DNA of 64,000 bases, from positions 195,548,001-195,612,000 of the forward strand of contig OZ024741.1 of NCBI GenBank assembly GCA_964016885.1, read 5' to 3'. Each line of letters opens with the position of its first letter. Position 1 is the first letter of the stretch. A program made the position numbers and the translations under genes. Below the pieces are notes generated by a model that was not told where the DNA came from, searched no databases, and saw only the letters and a list, made by a program, of their open reading frames with translations. The stretch comes from Eledone cirrhosa. Its lineage: Eukaryota. This document shows positions 34,869 to 46,988 of the stretch, piece after piece.

Positions 34869-35116
34869 TGAATCAAAACATATCAAATATCTTTAGAATT
34901 TTGTGTATCCCAATAAGCAAGCTCAATAGACTTTATCTAGAGCTATAATAACCAAATGATAAGATATATGTATATTTATATATAGAGAGAGAAAGAGCCA
35001 TATATCTTATAAGAAACGCAGTATATTGTATATACAGTATACCAAATACATATTCTTCTATAGATTATGTATTTGGTATATATACAATATACTGTGTTTC
35101 CTATACGATATATGGA

Positions 35117-35200
<84 letters not shown>

Positions 35201-35543
35201 GTATTAAATTAACAATGAAAATAAAAACAACAAAGTCAAGTTACTTTGCCTATTCATATCATTGTTTAACGATCGTTTCGGAGGGTCGATCATATTGGCA
35301 TATTGTCTGATCTATAGCAGTTATACACAGAACTTCTCTATGGATTTCACTGGATTACTCGCCATCGGATTACATTGAGTTCTATCTACGGTACTGACCC
35401 TACCACCAGAGGTAGATCACACTGAAAAAAAAAATATATATATATATATATAAACTATAATAAAGTAAGAAGCGCGGAACTGCGTACGATTTATAATTTT
35501 TTATACCCTTAGTAAAATAAGTTGGATTACTTTGAAGAAATAA

Positions 35544-35730
35544 TTGTTTCTACTATTGGCACAAGGCCAGCAATTACTCAGTACATTACTGGTACTTTAT
35601 TTTATCGACCCCGTAAGGATGAAAGGCAAAGTTAACCACGGCGGGATTTGAACTCAGAATGGCAAGGGCCGTAACTCTATGTGTCAAAGCATGGCGTCCG
35701 ACCCTCTACCGATACTGCCAATTCACCGCC
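35544..35730 (-). mobile_element. tRNA-derived SINE
   Basis: Minus strand: ggcggtgaattggcagtatcggtagagggtcggac..gagttcaaatcc..tttcatcc..gtcgataaaataaagtacc. Confidence 0.8.
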
Positions 35731-35920
35731 CTTTGAATAAATAATGAATGAATATTACATAATTTATCCACTAAATTTCGTGGCTGTTCATTAAATATAT
35801 GTTATTACTTATTTAAAGATTCAATTCTTTAAAATGTTCAATGTCAACACTTCTGGTTAGTGATCGTTTAAATAAATATTCATATATTTCTGTCACTAAT
35901 TTTCTCCTAATGCAGTTTAT

Positions 35921-36262
35921 ATATAATATCGTCTTTTTTTTATGTATCATGGATTACGTTACTGATTAAATAACACAGTCGTCGTTCAATTTCTGTCTAT
36001 ATTGCCAATTACAATTTTATTTGATCATATCTACATGCATATATACTTGCGTATAATATCAATATACACACTACACATGCTCGCAGATATATAATATCGT
36101 CTTTTTTAATGTATCATGGTTTACGTTACTGATTACATAAGAGAGTGTAACACAGTCTTCGTTCAATTTCTGTGTATATTGTCAATTACGATTTTATTTG
36201 ATGAATCATATCTACATGCATATATATTTGTGTATAATATCAATATACACACTACACATGCT
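35921..36262. repeat. Two tandem ~170-bp copies
   Basis: atataatatcgtcttttt..ctacacatgct repeated. Confidence 0.8.
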
Positions 36263-36304
36263 AGCAAAAAACCATTCGAAGGGTGGTTTATCTGCTAGTA
36301 TATA

Positions 36305-36417
36305 TAACGAAGGAAGTGTGGTAAGGAACCAGGGGGACCATAACGCACCAGAGTACTCAATACTTAGGGTAGTGGAGTGGGTAATAGGAAAATGTTCAAG
36401 ACCCCAACCTTGAACAT

Positions 36418-36474
<57 letters not shown>

Positions 36475-37035
36475 AGAGTATTGAAGTTTGCTTGAAGCAT
36501 TGTGTAATAATAAGATTTATTATCTTTTGGTCGTTTTGGAAGCCTCAACAATGCAGATGGGTAATTCTCCGGGTAACAGGATCCGGTGGTTAAGAGAGAG
36601 ATGTTAGGGAATGTAGAATGAGATGTATAGTGTGTATAGGACCGTAAGAAAGAGAGTAAAATAAAAATAATAACACGAGATGTAAGGGAACGTAGAATGA
36701 GATGTATAGTGTGTAGAGGGACGTAGGAAAGAGCGTAAAAATAAAAATAACACGAGATAGGGTTACCTTAGGAGAGATTTAAAATTGTCCCTATATTTCG
36801 GATTCACATCCATCAACTGGGGGGTTTTCCGGGGGAAAAGTTATCTATATAGGAAAATGTTCAAGACCCCCGACAGCAGGGCTCAAGCCACTTCGACGGC
36901 TATTTCTGGACTGAAATAGCCATCGAAACGGTTTGAGCTCTGCCGTGGGGGTCTTGAACATTTTCCTATTACCCACTCTACTACCCAAAGTATTGAGTAC
37001 TCTGGTGCGTTATGGTCCACCTGGTTCCTTCGTTA
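36305..37035. mobile_element. Element with ~95-bp inverted ends (same end family as 25091-25175) and an internal 120-nt hairpin
   Basis: Left taacgaagga..ccataacgcaccagagtactcaatac..aggaaaatgttcaagacccc; reverse complement at 36948-37035. Confidence 0.65.
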
Positions 37036-37296
37036 TATATATATATATATGTTGTGTTAGGTAATTCCGAAGGAAATACAAAGGAAAAAAGAGTGCTCTA
37101 TGTATAGAACAGAGCATATATTATTATTGTCTGGGATCCAGAAACCTTTGGTAATGGAGTAGTTATATTTTATGTTGTTCACTTTCTAATTAAGCAGGGA
37201 AAAGCGGACGTAAAATGATGATGATGATGATGATATATATATATAATTGTTTTTAACAGATTTTCAATCTCATTTCGTATTTTCATTTCATAATCT

Positions 37297-37364
37297 CTCT
37301 ATCTGATGAACGATCTAGACGTATGTTAATATTGTCTAGGGTCCTGAAACCTTTGGTAATGGAG
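37297..37364 (+). ncRNA. Type-I hammerhead ribozyme motif
   Basis: ctctat-CTGATGA-ac.gat.ctagac..gtctag.g.gtc.ct-GAAA-cc.ttt.gg-TA-atggag; 3' tail catagagcactcttttttcct shared with the 30.7- and 62.6-kb copies. Confidence 0.78.
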
Positions 37365-38722
37365 TAATATTGTGTTGTTCACTTTCTAGTTAAATAGCTC
37401 TGTTCTATACATAGAGCACTCTTTTTTCCTTTGCTTTTTCTTTGGAAATAATATATATATATATATATATCATCATCATCATTATCGTTTAACGTCCATC
37501 TTCCATGTTAGCATGGGTTAGACAGTTTTGTTCCATTCGATGCAGGAATGGTCCCTGCCTCGCTCGCACGGAAGCATCTCTGGCAGGTTTTTTTACAGCT
37601 GGATGCCCTTTCTAACACCAACCATATTTATAGTGTGGACTGGAATAGGAGGGGGCGGATGAGGTAGAGGTGTGTGGTGGGGTGTACATTGGGTTAAGAG
37701 GCACCTATTGACTGTAGGTTTGTATGCAATGGCAGTCAGGTCTTCTGTACAACTGCATGGCGCCAAAGGTCTCAATCCAGAGTCATTGTCTTAGAGAGGC
37801 GTATGACACTGGATCGAGACCTTTGGCCCAGTGTCATACACACATATATATATATATGTTGATGAGGTTAAATATCAACTATAATCTCACTTACACACAT
37901 TACACACTCAATAAAGTATGGAATGAACTTTTAAGGAACAAAACCTGTCTCAGAGTGCTTACCAAGTGTATGTTTGGTATATAAAACCTATAGCAAACTG
38001 GCATATACTATACGAGGGTACTCAGTTTCCTGAAACAAGCTGATTTTATGGCCACTTCATTCATCAACCAAATACATGTCACTTGACATGTGTTTTACAT
38101 AATATAAAATGTTTACTTCAAAGTAATAATAATTAACTTGCTTCACTAAATGTTCCATAATTCTAGATTATTTTTGAAATTAAAACAGAAATATTTGAAA
38201 AACCTTGTGTTAAGTTTAGTCCCTGGAGCCCTTTCATCAAGTCTAACTCAACAATCATCTCTTTTGCTCCAGTTAAGTTTAGTCCCTGGAGCCCTTTCAT
38301 CAGGTCTAACTCAGCAATTTTGCTCCATTGATAACCAAGAATTTAGTATTTATTGCTCCACATGTGTCTCAGTTTTTCATATCACAAGAGATGACTAAAA
38401 GGGTTGACATCAGAAAAGGTATCATCCAGCTCTAAAAACCATCCTGGCCATGTGTATTACCATGATATGGTGAGAAAAGGATTAAAACAACTGCCTACCT
38501 CATTTCCAATACTGCATCCCATGGAATATCCAAGCTGGTGACCCTCTTTCTGTCCCTTTTCATTGCCATAGTTCAACTCATTAGTAAAACTTGCTTTCAC
38601 AGAATTATAATTTAAAATATTCTACCACACACACACAAATATATATATATATATACGTTATTCCGGGTTGAATCGGAGGTAACCACAGTAAGTAAGGTAC
38701 TCAATACATAGCAGAGTATAAA

Positions 38723-38848
38723 AGTTTTAATATAGATGAGATTCTACAGGGCTAGAACTGTTTCATTCTTTAGAAATCATCAGGAAGATTCCTGATGATT
38801 TCTAAAGAATGAAACAGTTCTATTCCTGTAGAATCTCATCTATATTAA

Positions 38849-38852
<4 letters not shown>
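38723..38852. repeat. Palindrome with 64-bp arms and back-to-back hammerheads (+ 38787-38835; minus copy has a shortened stem I)
   Basis: ..aaatcatcaggaa-ga-ttcctgatgattt..; same family as the 24994-25042 hammerhead. Confidence 0.85.
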
Positions 38853-38886
<34 letters not shown>

Positions 38887-39360
38887 TCATCATCATAAAT
38901 ATAAATATATATATAGATAGATAGATAGAGTTCGAGAATATTTTCAAGAAATTATTCACTAGATTTTCAGGTCCATTGACATACATCATACCTTTTTTTT
39001 TTCTGTTCCTCAGATTTCTATATTTGGAACATAGAAAATTACAAATCTTAAAAAACATTCATTTTAAATTTTCTTTTAACTTTTATTTATTTAAGTAATA
39101 CGTATTCATTAATCTAGGACTGCAAAGCTGTAACGTATATGCCTCATCTCCACACTAACACATACACATTCCATAAATAATAAAAACATATTTCCACAAG
39201 TAAATATTTAAATTTTAAGAGTTGTAACTCATATGCTCAGTGGTAGGTCACTAATTTCTGAGATTTATTCATTGCTGTCTTATTAAAATTGATGTATTAA
39301 TAAGGTTTACTGATCCTCATAACTAACGTGTGTGTATATCAATCTATTTATATCTATATA

Positions 39361-39660
39361 TCATCATCATCATTGTTTAACGTCCATGTTCCACGCTTGC
39401 ATGGGTTTGGACGGGGGTTTTCCCACTTGAGGCAAGAGTGGTTGTCTTGCTCGCATAGGACTGTCTGGCGGGTTTTCTACAGTTGGATGCCCTTCCTAAC
39501 ACCAACCACATTTACAGTGTGGGACTGGGAGGTTTTTACCGTGTTACCTACACGGTCACATTACAGTGTCGACTGTGTGTTTTTTGTCGTGACACCTACA
39601 CGATCTCATTTGTTTCGGCCTGGATTTTGTGGCACCAACATAACTTTACATTCAAAGGGG
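39361..39660 (-). mobile_element. RTE-family 3' UTR fragment with (ATG)n tail
   Basis: Near-identical to 59400-59690 and 62860-63020. Confidence 0.7.
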
Positions 39661-40863
39661 CGGGAAATCTTGCCAAACAAAAGGGTTGGAAGGACTCTCA
39701 GTTGTATCAAAGACATGACAACCTCTTCTAGAGTATCGCTGGAGTATCGACCGTACATAAAATGCCAGTTTGAGGACTTAATGCATAAGTGGATCTGGTT
39801 TACTATGTGGTATTGCACATTTGGTGTTATACCATGGTCAGTATTCTTCATAAGCAGAGTGTTAACAATAATAAGGAGTAGGGGCAAGGTGTCAAAATAT
39901 CATTTTGATTATTCATGTGTGATGCACATTTCATGATCAATCAGCTTAAGGTACAATCAGTACTGATTGTACCTGACTCTGGAATAAATAGTTCATCAGA
40001 CTCATGGTTTCTTAAATGATGGGTTATTTTTATTTTTATTGTCATCTATACTTTTATTTTTATATTTACATTTATTATTGTTTTATCTCACTCTTTTGAC
40101 TACAATATATTAATCTAGCACATTTCCCTTATTATTTATCTTATTTTATTTTATTTTACTTAATTTAATTTTATTTTATTCTATTCTATTTGGCATTATC
40201 TCTTTCCCACTTTTTCTCCTTTTCTCTTATCTTCCATTCATTATTTTTATCTTCTATCCCTATCTATTATCCTTTACTCTTTATTTTCTATCCTACACTC
40301 TCTTGACCCTCTTCTACTCTTTCCACCATTAAATATGCTTGCTCTTACTCCTCGCCCTCTTCTTCTTCTCCCTGTTTCCTTTTTTCTTTTGTCTTTTCTT
40401 CTCCCTTGTTTCTCTTTTCTTTTTCCTTTTTCCTTTTCTTTTCTATTCTATTCTCCCAACAACCAACCAATCAAAACTACAAACAATATAACACCCAACA
40501 GAATGAGAAATGGTAATTTAACCTCTTCAGTGCCTTAGATGAGATAACTTGTCCTGACAGTTCACAACTTCAAAGCTATGAACTTGTTTACAACAGTTCA
40601 AAAACCTAAATGGAGTTACTAGTTTATAAAAGTGACATTTGTCAATCATTCAGATATGTGTTGTTAATTAATGTTTGTTTTAAAAAATAGTCTGATAAGC
40701 TATTGATTCTAAACACAATCGATACTGATTGTGTCACACATGAATTAATGATGATATTCTGACACAATGTTCCTACTCCTTATTATATATCTATAATACA
40801 CACATTTATATTTATTATGGCTAAGTGGTGAGCCTTTCACTCTAACTACTTGCTGTACTCTAA

Positions 40864-40903
40864 ATGTTTTTGATATTGTTTTTTTTTTTGTTCTTTAAAC
40901 TTT
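40864..40903 (+). CDS. Candidate first coding exon of the galaxin-like gene (signal peptide MFLILFFFLFFKL)
   Basis: ATG..ctt t|GTAAGG; the phase-1 donor matches the next exon and gives a hydrophobic N-terminus. Alternatives exist. Confidence 0.4.
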
Positions 40904-41650
40904 GTAAGGTTGTTAAATCTTATTTATGCCTTATTTATTCTCTGTAAATTTCCTGGGGCTATACAAATTAGGCAATATGAATGGTATAGTTAATTGTTAA
41001 CTAATAATTACCAGTTCTACAAATACATATACCATTATATCCATATTGAAACAAACGTAGAAATGAAGGAATAAATATAAATTCATAAACTTGTTTTTTT
41101 TTCTAATATGTGTGTTTGTGTGTGTGAACTAATGAAAAAAGGTCAGATTTCACTATTTTCTTTTAATGTTGCACGATTACAAATTATGTATTTCTGTGTC
41201 CAGCTTATGTCATCAGACCAGGACACAAGACAATTGGTGATGTCATCAGATGTGATGTCATCAGATTTAGTCAAGTAATCCTTACTGGGTTACAGCAAAA
41301 TATAAACAAAGAATTGATAGAGTGGCCCAACTAGCGAAGTCATCACTACAACAGTGGCTGCCCTGATGTGTTTTGGTCTGATATTAAAAAGAGAAGGACC
41401 AGTTGAGATAAAATAGTTGTGCCATAGTGTTGTTATCAGATGCGAGTTTGACTTTTGTAGTGGGCAGATAGCATGGGAACTAAGCCTTGGATGGATTTTA
41501 AAACTGATGACAAATTATATTTTAAATCTGTATTTGTATAATAAATCGCTATTTGTATATTCAATCTGTATTTGTATATGGAATCTATTAATCTTGATTT
41601 TATACATTAGAAGTTTTAATAATATAGATTTAATTGATTACATTTTTCAG

Positions 41651-41761
41651 TTTTGTTACTTGTGGAGACAATCTTTTCTTCACCAGGAGAAGATATTTTG
41701 AACAATATTCAGTGCGATGGTCATGTATATAATCGTACAACTTATGGTTGTTGTACTCAAG
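41651..41761 (+). CDS. Galaxin-like gene exon 2 (LLLVETIFSSPGEDILNNIQCDGHVYNRTTYGCCTQ)
   Basis: ttttcag| ... |gtatgt; phase 1-1. Confidence 0.8.
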
Positions 41762-43476
41762 GTATGTTTACTGTCTATTATTAAAGGTAGTGAGGGTGGT
41801 GGATTGGCAGATTCATTGGAACATTGGATAGAATGCTTTATAGTATGCTCTGCATTCTGAGTTCAAATCTTGCCGAGGTTAACCTTGCCTTTCATTCTCT
41901 AACTATTGGCCTTTTGGTTATGTTAGAAAGAATTATAGAAGGTAGTGAATTGAGAGAATTATTAGAAAAATGAATAAAATGCTTTGCAATATTTGGTCTT
42001 GCTCTCTCCCGGTCAAGTCCACATTGCCTTTTATCTTTTTGGGTAAATATATAAGTACCAGTCCAGTACTGGAATTGATTCCACACTCCATTTTTCAGTT
42101 GTACCTGCCATATTGGCTTGAGGAAGTGAAATAGAAGTAAATATAAAGCATCAGATTACTTTTAATGTTGTCTGTTTATGACTTTGTTTTACATCATTGT
42201 TTTTTCATCTCTTAATAAAATGAGTAACTGATAAAATGTGTAACAATTATGTACAGGAGTGTGTATTTCAGGTTTCAATCAGGGCAGGCCTGTTGCAAGG
42301 CTTTGGTGCTTAGGGTATTTTCAGAACATTCTAGATGGACATTCTAATTCCCCAGGAATTTTTTGACCAGCTTCTTTCGTTAACTTTTTTTTTAATTTAT
42401 TTTTCTTTGTTTCTGTTTTGAGAACTTCAAGTAATCTATTTTAGGACACTTTTTATATAAATTCTATTTTCTAAATCTGAGAGTCTACTATTGAAAAGTA
42501 AAGAGCGCAGAGCCATCTAGTGCTCCTCCCCTCTTTGGCGATGGGCTTGAAATAAGGATCTCTTTGTGTAATGACTAACACATGTGCATGGTTCAATTCC
42601 TTGCAAGCACCACTATCCACTGGTTTTGAGAAAACACATGGATTACATGTTGCTCAACCCACTCAGCTGGCAAAAATGAGTTGTACCTGTTATTCATATT
42701 GCCAGTTTTGTCACACATTATGTTATGATGAATCTCCCTGAGAATTACGTTATGGGTACACATGTCTGTAGAATGTTCAACCACTTGCATTTTAATTTAA
42801 TGAGCAGCTTGTTCTGTTCATGGAATTAACTGAAACACTCACTGTCGGAACTGACGGATGTCCAACACACACGCACACATACATTTTGGCCTTTGTAGAT
42901 TATTATTTAATGATGATAATGAGACTATTCAATATTTAGTTCTAATTTTCCATTTTTAAGTTCATATCATATCAGAGTTTAGTTTTTCATCAAGAGCCAA
43001 TAAAACAAATACAAATTTTATATTGTTTTCATTTCAATCAACATTACTTTTACCTTGCGATTTTTTAATTTGATGTCAATGTTAAAAATTCAAATATTTT
43101 TAATTTTGCACAGTAGATTAACTTGTAACATCCTGTAATGATTTAGTAAAAAAATATCTAAAAATATATTTGAAAATTCAAATGTTTCTGTCTTTACTAG
43201 TGAATAGATTGTTGTGAAAATCTGCAATGCACTAAAGACTTTAATTTTTAATGTGGTGTAGTTATAGTATTATTTTGTACTTTTCAAGAATGTCTTACTA
43301 ATGCAGTCTCATGTAGTACAGAACATTAAGAGTTAATGCCAAAGCTAAATTTAATACATAGTTTCTACAGCTATTTGTAGATATTTTATTTGTCTTATTC
43401 ATGACAAATGCACACACATTATACAATCTTATTTCATTCTGAGTCATTCAATATTATTGGCATTTTCTTTTTTCAG

Positions 43477-43647
43477 TAAATGGAACTGAATTAGTATATG
43501 AGAGGTCAAAAAAGTTTTGCTGTGACCACAAAGTTTACTTCAAAATTGAAAACTTTGAATGTTGTGAGAAAAGTGAGAAACAGTCTATACAGTATCATGC
43601 TGGAAGACAGTTATGCTGCAATGGAGAATTGGTTGACAAATCACAAG
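43477..43647 (+). CDS. Galaxin-like gene exon 3 (VNGTELVYERSKKFCCDHK..FECCEK..RQLCCNGELVDKSQ)
   Basis: tttcag| ... |gtattt; phase 1-1; three CC doublets. Confidence 0.85.
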
Positions 43648-45063
43648 GTATTTGTACTCATATATTTTATTGATATTATTTTGAATGTAGAAATAAATGC
43701 TTTGTAGCATAGAGTTACGGCCCTTAACGGTCTGAGTTCAAATCCTGCTGAAGTTAGCTTTGCCTTTGTGCTAAATTCAAGCCTCTTATAACCAAGTTTT
43801 GTCTTAAAGGGAAAAGTAGCTTTCAGCTGCTTAGTATCTTGGAGACTGGAATAAGAAATATACAACAGATTTTACACTTGTGATGTATGTGCATTATATG
43901 TGGCACTTTCTTCATAGAGTATGAAGAAATGAATTAAAGCAACAAAGTTTTAAAATGGGAATCTTGAAATTATGCTTACACAAAGTCTATTAATCATCAG
44001 CAGCAACGTTACCTCATAGTGGATACCTAAGCTTCTGAAGTTTTTTTTTTTTATTCATGTCAGTAATTTCAGTTTGCAAGAGATTGGTCAAAGCATTCCT
44101 TGACAGCCAAACATTTTTCTATTGAGATTTCTTCTTTTATGTATTTGTAGCTCTCAAATGATTGTTTTTGTTTATCAGAGTATTATGTTGAGCGATATGT
44201 ACACGTTAATTATTCTTACCTATAATCAGCTTTTTTAAAAATGAATGGCTTGCTTCTGTTATATTTGTTGCTTCTGTTATATTTCTTATCTGGAACATCT
44301 ATAATATTGATTTTTAAAGTCTTGAATCCTTCCAACATCTACATTTAATGTCTTGATCTTACATCCATTTAGGAACATAGGCAGCATTAAAGTTCTATAC
44401 ACTAAGTATTCAGATCTTGAAAATTATCAGGACTAATAAAAATATTCCAACAAATGTTTAGAATTTACTGAATGGAATGTATTATATGAGCAAGATACAG
44501 TTATTGATATGTCTGTATGGCCTGAGGACATGACAACCCATCTAACACATGCAAGCATGGAAAATAGAAGTAAAACAATGATGGTGGTGATAGGATTGCT
44601 ACTTGTTCCTCTCATTAATGATGGGAAAGTGTGTGTATTCACTATATTTATTGTGCATACCATAAGAGCATCATATAAATTGCATGATTGTATTTAAGTT
44701 TTTCCTTAAGGAGTTTTAGTTCAAATGTTCTTGCAATTGACTTTGTTTTAGGCATTCTTCCTGTACAGATGATAAAATAAATACCAGTAAAATACTGAGT
44801 TGATTCAATCAACTTATGCTTAAGATATCAATTTAATCAATGGAACAAACAGAATTATTTCCCTTAACTAAAAGCACTAAACAGTGGAAAGCCTTTATTT
44901 GTAACTTCTTACATATGAGAAGAGAAAATTGAATGCTGTATTATTCCTGCATTTGTCAATTTTACTGCTATCTATTCCATAATAAAACAAACAGCTTCAT
45001 TGACAAATAATTCTATGTTCCTCTTAATTTATTCATATTTTTTATGTTCTTTATTTGTTATAG

Positions 45064-45201
45064 ATATACATGAAGAATGTTGTGGAACTAAAAAATATAA
45101 TCCAAACAATGAAAAGTGCGATAGGAATATAATCCTTTTAATATATGAATCCACTTGCAATGGTTCTAAATATTATTTAAACAAAAATATTTGTTGTAAT
45201 G
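45064..45201 (+). CDS. Galaxin-like gene exon 4 (DIHEECCGTKKYNPNNEKC..KYYLNKNICCN)
   Basis: tag| ... |gtaagt; phase 1-1. Confidence 0.88.
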
Positions 45202-45396
45202 GTAAGTCTTTTTTTTATACCAAAAATTACCCACTTATTCAATTTTATATTTTTCTACAAGTTTCAATTTTTTAAATCAGGAAAAGGGATAGGTAGAAAC
45301 TCCATTGTGACAGTTTTTTATAAGAAAGCAAATAGATTCCACAAATTTTCAAACTTGCCCTATATCTACACAAACTCATCAGTATATATATATATA

Positions 45397-45580
45397 ATTG
45401 TTTCTACTTTAGGCACAAGGCCAGCAATTACCCAGTGCATTACTGGTACTTTATTTTATCGACCCCGTAACGATGAAAGGCAAAGTCAGCCTCAGCGGAA
45501 TTTGAACTCAGATCGTAAAGAGACGTAACTATGCTGGAAAGCATGGCGTCCGACCCTCTACCGATACTGCCAATCCACCG
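45397..45580 (-). mobile_element. tRNA-derived SINE (intronic)
   Basis: Homologous to 35544-35730. Confidence 0.75.
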
Positions 45581-45623
45581 TATATATATATATAATGGTA
45601 CCTTATTATGTGTTGTTGAGTAA

Positions 45624-45836
45624 GGGTGGAATTAACCATGATAATACCTTTATATTGACTAATCGATAGCAGTTATGTAACTCCATATTATTAGCCTTGA
45701 GTAAAGATGTTCATCTCACTGTTATCAGCAGAAACAATTGTTTTTAATGATAACAGTAAGATGGCTAATGATATGGAGTTTCATAACTCCTATTGATTAG
45801 TCAATATAAAAGTATTATCATGGTTAATTCCACTCT
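45624..45836. repeat. Intronic inverted repeat (MITE-like hairpin)
   Basis: gtggaattaaccatgataatac..ctccatattattagcc and ggctaatgatatggag..gtattatcatggttaattccac. Confidence 0.8.
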
Positions 45837-45937
45837 TTGAAATTATCATAAAACAATGGACTAATTAAGCACATTAAGCATTAAGCACAGAACCTCATCT
45901 TTTTTGTTTCATTTAGTTTCATATATATATATGTAAT

Positions 45938-46100
45938 AATTGTTTCTACTTTTGGCACAAGGCCAGCAATTACCTAGTACATAACTGGTACTTTATTTTA
46001 TCGACTCCTTTAAGGATGAAAGACAAAGTTAACCTCGACAGGATTTGAACTCAGACCGTAAAGGGACGTAACTATGCTAGAAAGCATGGCGTCAAACCCT
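45938..46100 (-). mobile_element. tRNA-derived SINE, 5'-truncated (intronic)
   Basis: Homologous to 45397-45580. Confidence 0.7.
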
Positions 46101-46853
46101 CTTGAACCTGTTGAAATGAAGTCATCGGAAGAACCAATGTATCTCCGACTGTTTTCTCACTCACTTAATGCTTTAATTAAGCCAGCATCACTAGGATACC
46201 AACCATAAAGGAAAGCAGATTGCACACTTATATGTTAAGTAGTGAGAGAAACGATTTTGCGTGGGCAGAGAATTTAATTCCAAACTAATGCACTAGTTTC
46301 TCTTACCCCATCTTCTGGTCTATGTTGGACACGCATGCACAGAAATTAGGTAATGCTATTAAACATTATGTAATCAGCTAAGAATAGTTTCCCCAACAGG
46401 GAGTTAGCCTCCTCAGAACAGGTCAAACACCACCTCACTGCATTTGGTGTGGAATGGCCATTACAGTATTCCATGCCACTTTCAGTGTCATGTGACAGTG
46501 AAAGGGAGCTAAACTAGTATTCCCTATTTTTGAGGAACACACTGGTACATTTTTACAAATCGAAAAAAGTAAAGAATGAGCCATGGAAGCACTCGACCAG
46601 GCCTTCAGTAGAGAAAGCAAAGACAAAATTGCAAACAGAATAAAAGGTTCAACTTACAATTTGTTTGTGGGTTATCCTGGGAGATAAAATAATATTGAAA
46701 TGAAGTCACCAGAAGAACACGTGTATTTCCAATCATTTTCTCACTCACTCAATGCTTTAATTAAGCCAGCATAATTAAGATATATATATATAATGAATGC
46801 AACTACCATACTAACATTAATAAATTTTATATGTGAATTTTTGGAAACTTCAG

Positions 46854-46988
46854 GTCATCTTTTTGAAGAAAAAGCCGAAGATGGTATTAAATGTTGTGGT
46901 GAAACATTCATCTATATTGACAAACAAATATGTTGTGATGACCAGCCGCTTACAAAGAAAAAGAATATGAAATGCTGTGGAAAAAAAG
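46854..46988 (+). CDS. Galaxin-like gene exon 5 (GHLFEEKAEDGIKCCGET..QICCDD..MKCCGKK)
   Basis: ttcag| ... |gtagtt; phase 1-1. Confidence 0.88.

Noticed and set aside
38150-41141. Alternative first exons: ATG 38150 (donor gtttag), hydrophobic stretch 39052-39094, ATG 41132 (donor gtcaga)
   Set aside because: Weak donors, or for the 39-kb stretch an in-frame TAA with no ATG. 40864-40903 fits better, but none is proven.
46110-46775. ~80-bp direct repeat with GAAA..CYGRTGA on the minus strand
   Set aside because: The repeat is real, but the cores are mutated and the stems are weak, so no ribozyme call is supported.
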